This document shows positions 40,372 to 53,260 of a stretch of DNA of 64,000 nucleotides, in pieces. Each line of letters begins with the position of its first letter. The first letter of the stretch is position 1. The notes under the pieces were generated by a model that worked only from the letters and a program-made list of their open reading frames with translations, ran no database searches and was not told where the DNA came from. The stretch is taken from positions 42,594,001-42,658,000 of the forward strand of contig NC_042998.1 of NCBI RefSeq assembly GCF_006345805.1, given 5' to 3'. Origin of the DNA: Octopus sinensis. Lineage: Eukaryota. Both the position numbers and the translations under genes were made by a program.

Positions 40372-40716
40372 GAGATTGGAGACCCCCTTCGGTCATGAAT
40401 GACCATAGGATTGCACCAGGAAAGTTACCGTCTGAGGCACAAGACAGGGCAAGATTGTTTGTGGGAGGCCAGCAGTCGCCCATGCATACCAGCCTCCCCT
40501 CTCCACACCACTGATGTTATCCAAGGGAAAGGCAAATGCCGATACAGCTTGGCAGCAGTGATGTCGCAACTCATTTCTATAGCTGAGTTAACTGGAGCAA
40601 CGAAAAATAAAGTGTCTTACTCAAGAACACAACACACAGCTCGGTCCGGGAATCGAACTCACAACCTCACGATCGTAAGCTCTATGCTCTAACCAATGAG
40701 CCATACACCTTCGCCG
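40372..40716 (-). mobile_element. SINE family C copy
   Basis: Head GAAGGTGTATGGCTCATTGG...GTTCGATTCC; 11-bp TSD CATCATCTATG at 40361-40371 and 40717-40727. Confidence 0.9.
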
Positions 40717-42329
40717 CATCATCTATGACTATGCTGATATTTTATGCCCTCTCTTACAGCATCTGTAATATCAAAACTATTATAGATCTAAGCTTCTTCA
40801 GCCCCGATTCATTAGCAACCCACTCTAAGCTGAAGTGCAATTCATACTAAGCTGGTGTGCAATCCACATTAGAATACTGTTAGCGTGGGGTGGGTGTGGG
40901 GGTCTGCGGTGCTACAAAATACCCAAAACCTTGTAAACAATATCCAAAAGCACAAAGACACGTTGTTGATTGTTAAAAAATGGCCAGCAGGATACCACAA
41001 CTGCTTGCTTACAGATGAGCTGCTTTTATCTAGGACTTCTCTGCCATGATTCTATGAACTAACAAGCAGTATATCACCTCTACCAAAGCCAACCTAACAT
41101 TCCCCACTATTTACCATTCCTAATTGTACCACCACTAAATACTGCGCGAAAAGCTAGCTTAAACATTCCTACTGACAACTGCTTACAAAAGAAATTTACT
41201 CGTTGCCCACATCGCACCACGGGTACCACCAGAGTTGAATTTCAACCGAATATCAGCTGTTATAAGCTATTTTGTTTGGGAAGGTCAGCATAAGTCATAG
41301 GTACTGCAACTCTTCACCCGACTAAAACAGGACTAGAATATTCCTCATTCTTAGACAAAATTATGCCCGCGTTCAAATTTGAAACCTTATACTGATCAAG
41401 TTTCCATAAATCTGAACGATAAACTATAAAAAACAATTTTTTTCAGATTTAATAATTAAATTGTAATCTTTAGTATATAGAATTCCCTATGAATCTGTAA
41501 AATAGAAGATACTTCATTTTTTTTACGAACTAGATTCGTTGCATATTTTCTTGTATATTTACAATTCACTCTTCGTACAAAAAGATTAAGTAATAGAAGA
41601 AAAAAAAGCCGTAATAGTTTATCTAATGACATGTCTATTGGGAGTTGTAAATTATTAACCAGCTGAGAGGATTATGCTCAACTCACAGGTTTTAATTCTT
41701 TTATCAAAATGTTCTTTTAACAAGGAATTTTAAATTCTTCTTACTCTAGTGTATCAAGCAGAATCAGTGTCAATGGGCCAGTTTATCTGGAAAATTAATC
41801 AAATCTATTGTAGAATTCTCATTTACTCAAGGGAGGAGAAGATTTATTTCTCATCTGCTTAATGTTCGAGAAAATTGCGTTTTAAGTCATTATTTCAAAA
41901 CAAAACCAGAGATTTATTAAGAAAGCACGACCTATTGTAATTAGATTGTGCACTCTGTTTAATCACAAGTGACAGTTGATGTTGTTCCTTGATTTATTAT
42001 TCGTGAACTCTTTGGGAAGTCATACTGAAATGTAAAACTATTTTATTGGTTCATATTTTAGGTCTTTATTCACATATAGAATCCCATAATCAAGACTGTC
42101 TGGGATCAGTTATTATATCGTCTCACGAGTGGAAGATAGAACAAAAAGTTTGCATTGCAGTTGCTAAATAAATTAGTGATAATGTTTAATTAACCAAATT
42201 GAGTAGGGAAATTTGATCTTCGATGACTGCTACAGCAACTTCTCTATCGCCCTTTAAAACAAGGGTTTCGAAACTGGAGTTAATTTACTGATTCTGAAAT
42301 TGTACATTTTTTCAGTTGTAATTTTTTTC

Positions 42330-42980
42330 TTCCAAGAATAGACACAAGGGCTGATATTTTGGTGGACCAGGGTTAATCAATTACATCGACCCCAATACTC
42401 AACTGGTACTTATTTTATCAATCCCGAAAGGGCGGAAGGCAATGTCGACTTCGGCGGAATTTGAACTGCGGGATCTTTTCGGTTTGAACGGCAGTTTTTA
42501 ACATAATTTCTAGGTAACTAAAAAATTTTAAACTTCGTATACTGGTAGAATGTGTTTATAAAACATCTTTTTCTCTTGGCTTTATTGAGAAAATTCTATA
42601 GTTTGTAAGATATTTGTTGTTGTTTTTTCTTCAATTTCTGCAATTTCAACCAATCAGTGACGTCTAGTGAGTTAAAAAGCACTCTGTGCCATATGAATAT
42701 GTCCCTCGTTTAAGAAACAGATTGGGTTTATTTACATTTCTGAAGAAAAAAGATACCCTTCCCCCACCCCTAACTCTAACTAACCCTAAAAGAGATTGAA
42801 ATGCAATAGATCGATTCTAGGGTCATAATTATGGGTGACAATTTCATATGACATCGCTAGAAAAAACTGCCGTTCAAACCGAAAAGAGCCGAACTGCGAA
42901 CATAAAGTCAGACGAAATGCTACTAAGCACTTCGTCGGGGTCCGGCGTGCTCACGATTCTGCCAATTCACCACCTTTTTC
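42330..42980 (-). mobile_element. SINE family B copy interrupted by a MITE
   Basis: Body 42330-42470 continues at 42891-42980. Confidence 0.85.
42471..42890. mobile_element. 420-bp MITE with GG termini and 8-bp TSD (Merlin-like)
   Basis: TIR GGATCTTTTCGGTTTGAACGGCAGTTTT and AAAACTGCCGTTCAAACCGAAAAGAGCC; TSD GAACTGCG at 42463-42470 and 42891-42898. Confidence 0.85.
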
Positions 42981-43169
42981 TCAGCCGAGAAGAAACTTTG
43001 AATTAGACCTATTTTGTGAAAAATACTAATACCCATTATGTAAGGCATTTAAGAAAATAGATTTATTAAGGCAAACAGGTTTCAAAATGACAATTCGCTT
43101 CGTATATATCATACACAGTTCTTCATGAACTTGCCTTCTTGACAGCTCTAGCTCTCTTGTAATTGGGGA

Positions 43170-43524
43170 CTAGCACTATGACCCGGCAACGCTGGGTCAT
43201 AGTGCTAGTGCTTGCATAAGAGCTGCGTGCGTGCGCACATACACGCGAGTACTGGCCAAATCTCCGGCCAATCACATACAGCTAGCTGGCATTCAATTGG
43301 CGTATCAAGTTTCGGGCATTTTGATTGGGTTTTGGATAGAAAACTCACAAAAAAGTCACTTCTATTGATTTTTTAATGGCTTTGCGGGATGACTGTGCAC
43401 GATGTGCACGACCACCCTTGGGCGGTTTTGAATGACCATAGATAATGCGAGCCTTCTAATTGAAAAATTGTGTAAAGGACACGCACACACACACACACAC
43501 ACATACACACACAAACATTTTAGA
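43170..43524 (-). mobile_element. 355-bp non-autonomous Helitron
   Basis: Minus strand A|TC...CTAG|T junctions; subterminal hairpin GACCC.GC GTT GC.GGGTC; internal (TG)n near the 5' end. Confidence 0.85.
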
Positions 43525-43969
43525 TACTCGCGTGTAACCACGAAACCTGCCCGAAAGTTTGATGTTCCTTAGATAACATTAAAAGCACACAGCTCAACTT
43601 AATACGTGGAATAACATTAAAGTAACCAATTAAAAACAATGATTTTAGGATACAAATCGGCAACTTTATAAAACTATTATAATACTAATATATTCTGATT
43701 GTTGTTCGTTATTAATTCATCAGTGAAATAACATTGTTATCTGCTATTATCATTGTTATTGTTATTTAAACTTAATGAAATTGAAAACCAGTATTTGAAA
43801 TTTCCTTTAAGTCGATTGCTTTATAATATTAGACGTGTAAAATCAAATTGCTGAACAAACTAGAACGGGTGAGGTGTAAATTTACTTTCAAAATGTTGCC
43901 TAGGGTGGATGGAATGAAAATGGTTGGAAACCTCTGTATTAGAAAGTAAATGTTATTTATTAATATCTA

Positions 43970-44352
43970 GTGGCTGTGTGGTAAGTAGCTTGCTTACCAA
44001 CCACATGGTTCCGGGTTCAGTCCCACTGCGTGGCACCTTTTGCAAGTGTCTTCTACTATAGCATCGGGCCGACTAAAGCCTTGTGAGTGGATTTGATAGA
44101 CGGAAACTGAAAGAAGCCCGTCGTATATATGTATATGTATGTATGTGTGTGTGTGTCTGTGTTTGTGTGTCTGTGTTTGTCCCTCCAGCATCGCTTGACA
44201 GCCGATGGTGGTGTGTAACTTAGCGGTTCGACAAAAGAGACCGATAGAATAAGTACTAGGCTTACAAAGAATAAGTCCTGGGGTCTATTTGCTCGACTAA
44301 AGGTGGTGCTCCAGCATGGCCGCAGTCAAATTACTGAAACAAGTAAAAGAGT
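43970..44352 (+). mobile_element. SINE family A, near full length
   Basis: Matches 31646-32056. Confidence 0.92.
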
Positions 44353-44896
44353 TTATTCGAAGAAAACGAATTCCCCAGTCTAGTTCAAAGGGCTTTTCAA
44401 GTCACATATGAAGGAATGACAGTTCATTGCTGATCGTTTGAGGTCGAGTTGAGCAACAAACAAACAATCATATAGGAACAACGACTGAGTTTCACTACAA
44501 ACTGCTCATTTTCAACAATTACACAAAAACATTTATAACAAGGCCATATTTAAATGGCAATTTTTGTTACGTAGAGTCGAAATTTAGACGTTAAGTCAGG
44601 TGTTCTTAGAGTTTGGGGCATATATCACAAGGGAAATTATAGGGAGTAGAAGGCGATTGTACATAATAAGGACAAGATTTTGGCACACATGGTTTTTATC
44701 AACCATGTATTATGGAAAATGCATTCATAAATAAAATACAGAACTGAGAATGGTTATTATCAGTTTAGCCGAGAGACAAATGAATTCAGCGTAGCCGAGC
44801 CTAGAGACAAGTTAATTCGACTTAAGTCGTGTCTCCTGGAACCAATTAACAACGTAGGGTGAGGTATGCCTGTATACACACACACACACACGCACG

Positions 44897-44998
<102 letters not shown>

Positions 44999-45423
44999 AA
45001 GAATCCATACAAATCGCTGTATCAAAAATATTAAACATTCTCTAAAATGCTAATGATTTGTAGGTACGTGGTATTTCGTTATGCAACCATGATCTACTAT
45101 AAAGTATACTAACTGTTTTTACAATACCACGTTCTACTGCGTTAGCAGCGCTTTTTACATTATTTTGCTACTATTATTTCTACAGATATTCTACAGAAAT
45201 TATAGTCACCACTGGTTTTTACTACAATGTTTCGTACCGAGAAGTCAGATGTAAACAAACAGTGAGATCGAAGACAAAAAAGGGCCTCGAAACGTTGTTG
45301 CAAAAATCTGTGCTCAGTATAATTTCTATAGAATATTTGTAAAAATAACCGTAACAAAATAATTCTCTAAAGTATACTTTTATGCCTTTTCCAACGTTAT
45401 TTATTTTTTTGACTATATATATG

Positions 45424-45869
45424 AAATACTAATCGGACACAAACTGTGCGTCGTTGTCCAGCTGGAGGAGATGTCTTCCTGGGGCTAAAAACAACGGTAA
45501 CACCGTCCTCTATAGGACTGCAATATTTAGTTGGCAAATACATTTTACGATTCCGTACTGTTACTGTTTATCTCTCGCTCAGAGATTTAATATATGAGAT
45601 CAGCGACAGTGTGTCGCTAAAAAAAGGATATAGTATTTTGCAAGTAGAATGAGTTCTTCATCACTAGCCAGTGATTAACACACACGGAAGACCGATAACC
45701 ATTCAGAAACCCAGATCTATGTGTATCATGTAAGGCTAGAGATGGGAGCGATGACCTCCCTCGCAAATACTAATCGGACACGTTGGCCAGCTGGAGGAGA
45801 TGTCTTCCCGGGGCTAAAAACAACAGTAACACCGACCTCTATAGGACCGCGACATTTCGTTGTCAAATA
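45424..45869. repeat. Two about 110-bp direct repeats (45424-45540, 45765-45869)
   Basis: AAATACTAATCGGACAC...CCAGCTGGAGGAGATGTCTTCC.GGGGCTAAAAACAAC.GTAACACCG.CCTCTATAGGAC present twice. Confidence 0.85.
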
Positions 45870-45884
45870 TTTTGTGTGTGTGTA

Positions 45885-46139
45885 CAGGGTGAGTTAAAAA
45901 GGTTGCCCCGCTTTCAAAGGTTAATAAAAAAACAATCACAAGAAGATGCATGAAAAAACTTTGTGTTTCTATGAAGTTCATCAAATTCCATTCTTTTTTT
46001 CTGTTCCAGGTAGTATCCAATATTCGCCTGGAGTGGAGAGCTTCGTGCATTTGTTGTTGAAGAGTTTGTTTTTTTCTTATATCTTCATGCGTTCGTTTTT
46101 ATTAATCTTTGAAATCGGGGCAAACTTTCTGCCGCACCG

Positions 46140-46143
<4 letters not shown>
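45885..46143. mobile_element. Tc1/mariner-type MITE
   Basis: Imperfect TIRs sharing TTGCCCCG.TTTCAAAG.TTAATAAAAA; TA at both ends. Confidence 0.7.
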
Positions 46144-46214
<71 letters not shown>

Positions 46215-46472
46215 AGGGGTTTGCTTCTTTGTGTGTGTGTGTTTGTCGCCCACCACCGCTTGATAAGCGGTGTTAATATGTTTACATCCCCATAACTTAA
46301 CAGTTCGGCAAAAGAAACCAATAGAATAAGATCCAGGCCTTACAAAAACATAAGTACTGGGGTCGGTAATTTCAACTAAAATCTTTAAGGTGGTGCTTCA
46401 GCATGGATGCAGTCTAAAGGCTGAAATGATTAAAAGATAAAGGCTAAAAGAATTGAGAAAGACATCCTGTTG

Positions 46473-46560
<88 letters not shown>

Positions 46561-48770
46561 ACTACGTCGACAACTTAGATACTTGTTAGAAAGAGGCGAG
46601 CTCATACATTTCATTTAAGATGTAAAGTAGCAAAAGTACTGTCTTGTGTTCCATGACTGATTGGGCAGGTTATCTGGTTTCCATGGCATATGAGTGACTG
46701 AAATCACAAACTTCCTACTGGACAGGACGTCAGGGCATCACAGGGTTACTCATTTATAGTTTAATGAATTGGCACAGCGTTAAATGAAATGTTTCGCTCA
46801 AGAACACAACACACCGCTCGACCCGGAAATCGAAACCCAAATCTTGCGTTCTTACATACGCACAAAAGCGGTAATTCTGGGGGAAAGGAACAATTGAGTA
46901 TATAGACTCCAGCATTTAACTGCTAGTTTATTTTATCGACCCCGGAAAGATAAAAGGCAAAATTGTGCACAACAGAATTTGGAATCATTAAATTAAATTA
47001 AATTAATAACAAATGCATGGTTATTGTTTGTTCTACCATATTTAATCATTTTACAGTATATTTTTCATCCATAAGGCGGTAAGCTGGTAGAATCGTTAGC
47101 ACGCCGGGTAAAATGCTAAGCGGCATTTTATCTGTCTTTATGTTCTAAGTTCACATTTCGCTGAGGTCGATTTTACTATTCATCCGTTCGGGATCGACAA
47201 AATAAGTATCAGTTTAGCACTGGGGTTAATGTAATCGACTTACCCCCTCCCCTCAAAAATTGTTGGCCTTATGCCAAAATTTGAAACCACAGTATTCTTC
47301 ATCCAGTCTGACAATTTTGGCGGACAGGATTTGTTCTGAGTTCAAATTCCGTCGAGGTCGACTTCGCCTTTCATCCTTTCAGGGTCGATAAATTAAGAAC
47401 CAGCTGTGTACTGGGGTAGATCTAATCTGGCCCCCTCCCCCAAAATTTCGGGCTTTGTGCCTAGAGTAGAAAAGAATTTTAGCGGACAGGATGTAGAGGT
47501 ACATCAGAAGAAAAATTTGAGAAGACCCCTGTTAGGTGGTCATTTAGCTTTCACATTCTAAGTTATGATTTATTTTTGCAGGAATGAAAACAATTTCATT
47601 GCTTTATTAATCACGATTATCTTCCAGTTATAATTAAATGAGAGTGACAGTGGATAGTAAATAGCCATTAGATTTTATCTGACGGTCGACATTTTGATAA
47701 TATTCTTAATGACTGATATTTCGCCTATCTGGATAAATATAAATATTTTTGTTGGAAAAAGAAAGGCAAGATGCACAATAAAGGTTAACCTTTGTCAAAT
47801 CCCCCGCAGTGTTACTGGCCATATGTCAACGCTTGAGATAATAGACACATTAAATACACAATCATTCTTAATTCATTAATATAACTCAAATCCTGGCTTA
47901 TACAAATGCAACGCAAAACTACATTATCCTCTCTATTGATGCTACAATTATTATTAAGAATGACTGTCACAACTAAAATGTTTTTCCTCCATTATAAATT
48001 CTTTCATGTTAACGACGATTACAACGACGTCAATGATGATGATGATGATATTGGTGTCAATCTTGCTGACGTAGTTATCATCGCCCCTGGCATCACTACA
48101 GCTACAATGGTTGTTAATCTATAAATTAACTGAGTAGTATCACGGGAAATTCAATTCAACTTTGATTAAACAATCAGTCGCCATAGTTTCAATTCTTGGT
48201 TTGTTACTTTCATTTGAATGTTGTCTATTTTGCGCCGGAAAACAATACAAGCTATTGATACAGCAAAATTCTAAAATATCGTGATTAACAACGATCTTTT
48301 TATTTGTAAAACTACCAATCTAACTAATTTGCAATCCTTTTTATCATCTATTCAGTTTTTCATATTAAATTTTGTAACGAGCTTTTTCTACAGAATGATT
48401 GGCATTATCGAACCTCGATTCGAAATTCATATTAAATAGATGTCGACATTTTCAGTGTCATTATTGTATTAGCTAGCTTTTCATTAAGTCTAGCAAAAAG
48501 TGTATATTTGCAGAAACCAGTAAAAAGCTCTTTAAATTAGATTTAGAATGAATACGCTGATGAAATATTGGTTTCAAATTTTGGCACAAGGCGAGCAATT
48601 TCGGGTAGAGGGTTTAAGTCGATCACATCGATCCCCAGTGTTCAACTGGTACTTATTTAATGGATTCCGAAAGGATGAAAGGCTACGTCGACCTCGGCGG
48701 AATTTGAACTTGGAACGTAAAGCCGGAAGAAATACCGCTAAGCATTTTGTCCAGCGTGCTAACGATTTTG
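46215..48770. mobile_element. SINE fragments: A 46215-46445 (+), C about 46740-46860 (-), B 47075-47290 (+), 47315-47475 (+), 48565-48770 (-); (CT)n 46475-46558
   Basis: Direct similarity to full copies elsewhere in the window. Confidence 0.8.
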
Positions 48771-48999
48771 TGCTCTCTCCACCTTAATATCGCAAGCATA
48801 TAATGCAAAAGATATATGTCTGGTCGATACGAAATTATCCTATGAACGAATACCAATTCCAAATGTCAATCGTATGGAAGGGAACTAATTTTTCAATTAG
48901 TATTCTGTAGAAAAGCACCAACGACTGCTAATGTGCATGAGTATATTTTTTAGGTGCGCTATTTCCAAAGGGAGAGTTAAAATTTCCTGTGTTGATACT

Positions 49000-51052
49000 G
49001 TATGACTATTGTTATAACGAACCCAACTTTGTGTCGTGTCTCAAGACGTTGCTTGGAGTCAATGGCCAAAGCATTTGAACTTCATTGCCCATCCACTTAG
49101 CTTTAAATAAGAACTATGCACAGATAATTCCAGCCCGCCATCTTCTCTGCCCACTATTCCTAGGAAGGTTGTGAGAGTAAAATCTTCAGGTACCTCCCCC
49201 ATAGGGTCCTCTCAGAAGCGACCATCATTAGATTTTCCAGCTGGATTCCCGAGCGCGACCAACTGAAATTATGGATATTAACAAGCCATCATGGTTTGGT
49301 CTACGCTTAGATCTGCCACTTCACTTGGTTGGAAGAATCCGTCTTACGATTCTTTGTTGTGAAATTCTAATCACATAGGTGAAGAAAGGCGCGTAAACCG
49401 AATTGAAGAGCCGAGTTTGGCTTTCTTATTACCTTTCCTCTTCCGAGGAATAGATACTGGAGCTGGTGTCTACTGTACCAGCACCTGCACTTATAATACC
49501 CAATTTAGTTTCCTGCCCTCCATTACTCATGAATACGACCCCGAGATACTGAAACTTCTCCACTTCTCTCTATAATGTTCTACGATCATGCACTGGGATA
49601 AATTTTCTGAAATGACCAATGTCTCAATCTTCGCAACGCTAATTCTTAACTCTGCCTTGCAACATTCGGCGAACCCATTCAATACATGCTAGAGATCACC
49701 TTCTGATGAGCCAAATAGCATCATGTCACTTGCAAATATCTGCTGACCGATCCTACACCCACCGATTGTTATACCACTTCAAAAAGGGCCGCGCATGTCA
49801 ATCCAGTTCATAAAAATTATGAGAACGAGAGGTAACAATACACATCCCTGCCGAAGTCCAATACCCACGTGGAAAAGTGCGACATAGTACCACTTACCAG
49901 AACACAAACATCTGGGCATTCGTACAGGGACATCACAGCAACCGCAAATTTCCCATTAATCCCAAGCGCCTGCAAAACCCTCCACAGTTCACGGCACGCG
50001 GTTATATGCTGTTTCAAGGTCTATAAAGCAAGACGACACCTCGTAGCAATATTCCCACAGTTTCTCGATGATCTGCCGTGGAGTGAATATCTGGTCGGTT
50101 GAGCTGCATCCAGGACGGAAGCCACACTGTTTCTTCAGTAAGTTTGAGCTCGATAATTTCTCTACATCTCTTTTTCAGACACATAGCGTAGACTTTACCT
50201 GGAAGGCTCAACAAAGAGATTCCTTTATAAATAGAGAACTCTCTCTTGTCTTCCTTTAAAAAAAATTGGAGTATCACCTCGGATTACCATTGCTTTGGCG
50301 TCTTTCCAGAGACCCAGGCAACCTAGAATACATAAGTCAGCCTGTGTATTTAAGGCTTTTAACAACACAGACCAAATGTTATCATCTCCAGCAGCCTTGT
50401 CACATTTGAGCACTTTAACTACCTCGATGACTTCAGCCTATGTTAAGTTAGTCTTCACCCTAGATGCACCTCGTGTCCACCAGAGGATTTTATTATGACC
50501 GAATTTAGATCAGCAAAGTATTCCCTCCACCTCCCAAGAGGGCTTCTTACTTCCAAGTTGGCAGATGGCCTACCATATACTTTATTGGGCAATCTAAAGT
50601 TAGAGTCTAGCTTAACCCCAATGTCTTCCTATAACTTAGCCTTAGGCGTTTGTACATTCCACGCACAATGGGAGACTTATTTATAATCCAGGTCTTTTGC
50701 CACCTGGCGTCACACCAAGCCGTTTTCGTCCACAGTATTTTACAGCTGAAGAAGAAACTGCCGAACACAACGATCTCCATTCCGTTTCGACTTCCTCAGT
50801 TCTTTCAGGAAGGTCTCAGAATTTGGATGCAATAGTATCCTCTTATTCGATCCTAATCCCATCATCCACCAGGGTTTTCCACTTTATCCTGTAAGAAGCA
50901 CTGGTTTTACTTGTTTTATGAGTTGCCCCAGTTGTAGACAGTGTCGGGTTGAAGATAACTAGGTGGTGATCAGTCGATAGGTCCGCCCCTCTCTTTTCAC
51001 AGCACAGAATCAAGCACAGACGTCCAGTACAGAAAGGGGTTAGAGATGACAA
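49000..51052 (-). mobile_element. RTE-clade LINE: APE C-terminus, RT and 3' end, decayed
   Basis: KRGADLSTDHHLVI, LKCDKAAGDD, YKGISLLSLPGKVYAMCLKKRCREIIE, QIFASD and EKFQYLGVVF motifs. Confidence 0.92.
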
Positions 51053-51061
51053 AAGTTTTTG

Positions 51062-51450
51062 GTGGTTTTATTGATGTTTGGTGTGAATAAGACCACAAAA
51101 AACTGCAATATGAAAAGGGTTCAAAGGAACACCCATACTGCATAGTCCGTCGCATGGGTTAACAAGAGAGACGCGTTCGGATCTTAGGCAGTAAAATATA
51201 TTGCAGTCTCCACCCAATGTCGGTATAACCAGAAATATGCCTGTAACTTATTCTAGGAGGCATTGGGTAGATATACAAAGGATGCTTGATCCGAGACCCC
51301 GAAGTGGGTCGAGGTGAGGACAGCCACTAAGGACTGGGAATTATGTCACATTCCTTACGCGTAAAGGGCAGGAACAAGTAGAAGCCAAATGCTACCGGCT
51401 AGATATAGTCGGTGTCTCTCCTACAAGGTTCCGAGCTCTGGTACTGTTGC
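51062..51450 (+). mobile_element. Inverted 5' segment of an RTE LINE (5' UTR and APE N-terminus)
   Basis: 51384-51428 reads AKCYRLDIVGVSPTR, preceded by a degenerate WNVTSLTGK-like segment. Confidence 0.75.
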
Positions 51451-51499
51451 TAACTCTACACCTACAAAAAACAGAAACATTTTATAATAAATAAATACT

Positions 51500-52540
51500 T
51501 TCTTAGTTTGTAGTAGTTTTCGAATGCTGCCATGATTATTAGCCACGTAGTGCTTTACCCGAAGCACACATCAGTGGCTTACTAAGCCTGGATAAGATCC
51601 GCATCGCCATCGGCTTCATATTCGAAACCAAAGAATATAGAAGAACGAGGTCTTGTTATGGATGGTTAACCTCCTCGATTCTGAGGGGTTTTTTTTTTAT
51701 AGATTACCAAGTCGACTGAATGCGGGTCACGTGAGTTTTCACCACAAGCCCTAGTCAGAGTAAGTATACCCTTAACGTTGAAATTGTTCAGGTATGTTGA
51801 AAAGTGGTCGGGTAGTCTCTTTGACTTTAGATAAGATGTAAATACCTCGTATCTGATGCCAAAGTAGCGACCCGTTTGTTCCATCGCAAATCTTTAATGC
51901 TGCAGCGGAGATGGGAATTACTGATCTGTAACTGAACGAAATAGGGCTCTGAAAGACATAATCTGTCAGAAAATCCCATTTTTCAAAACTTAATTTTCGA
52001 GACGTTGAGGGTTGTTGGACCATCGATAAGGAATATTTTGACGCATCACACTGGAGAATCAAATAATATTCAGGTTACTTAATCGGACTATCTTGTCCTC
52101 AATCCACTACATTATGAATACCAAATTGATCTTCATTAACTGAAAATAAACCCTCCCAGTCCTATGCGTTAGAGATTACAGTTGCCTCAGTTTTGTAGTG
52201 AATATCTTATGTCATTATATTCTTGAGATGTAAATCCATAGATTTGCAGTATAGTTTCATCGATAGATAGGGCCGGCTCAAAGTACCGACAACTTGAATA
52301 GTCGCTCGGGGAGCAAAATTTTTTTTTCCTACGAGAGTACCGCACCCTAGTAATGAACTCATTTGCATACAGCCAATCAGAGCTTCCCTTGACCTTATTG
52401 TACACAAACAACTACGCAGAGGCAGCCATGCGGATAACGAAGGATCAGATCCGTTCAGCTCTCAGACCATGCCTAGACACAAAGCCCAACATAACATTCA
52501 TGAATGTGTTAAAAACAACATATGGTAACACACACTCAAC
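51500..52540 (-). mobile_element. Decayed Gypsy-type pol (RNase H) remnant
   Basis: ILQCDASKYSL (51772-52062 ORF), FGIRYEVFTSYL, and a frameshifted AD..LSRL near 51590. Confidence 0.55.
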
Positions 52541-52591
52541 TAAGTAAACTCAAGATGAAGAACGGTGTTGTAAGTTGATCGATCACCAAAT

Positions 52592-53260
52592 TGTGCCTGA
52601 TTTTAGAAGGAGATAAATAATTAGATGATAAATACCAGTTCGTCGTCAGGGTACACGATAGTGAAGTGCTGTAGCAAGAAGTTGAGGCGAAGAAGCAGAG
52701 CCGGTTGAGGGACATGTCGTGCGAGAAGCTGTGGCTACTATGCAGATCCGGTTGACTTGTTACAGGAGTTATTGCAGGTTGTGCTTGCTGTTAACCATGG
52801 TGAAGTATTTCACAAATAGTGAGGAGATTGAACCTGTGCGAGTGTGGCTGGTTGCTGTGTACGTAGAAAGATGTTGTTGACGACGTTAAGACGGAGGCGG
52901 CAGAGATGGAGGTCCTGAATGCTGCTGGACGAAGTGTTGCTGTTTCTCCATGTGGCTGCTGGTGGTGTTGTCGCTGGAACTGGCTGTGTGCTCTGTGGTC
53001 AGTGGTTAGACCTCAGAAGGTCTAGAACCGAAAGACGAAAGACGGTGTTGAAGCTAGCATTTTATAGGAAACAGTCGGCGCAAACTGGGGTTTAGAATAG
53101 ACTGTCTCACGTGACCTTATCAGAAGGCTGCGATTGGTTGGGTTGCATATTGGCGCGTAACAGTGCAAGAGACAAATTTCGCCAATACCAACCAATCAGA
53201 GTAGTGGACACAACAGAGTGCAAAAGAGCGTCCGAAGGCTAGCTGTTATCTATTACGTCC
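52592..53260 (-). promoter_or_regulatory. Pol II promoter-like cassette, possibly the LTR of the Gypsy remnant
   Basis: On minus: two CCAAT (about 53150, 53135), E-box TCACGTGA (about 53107-53114), TATAAAA (about 53060-53066); one further CCAAT on plus at about 53192. Confidence 0.4.
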
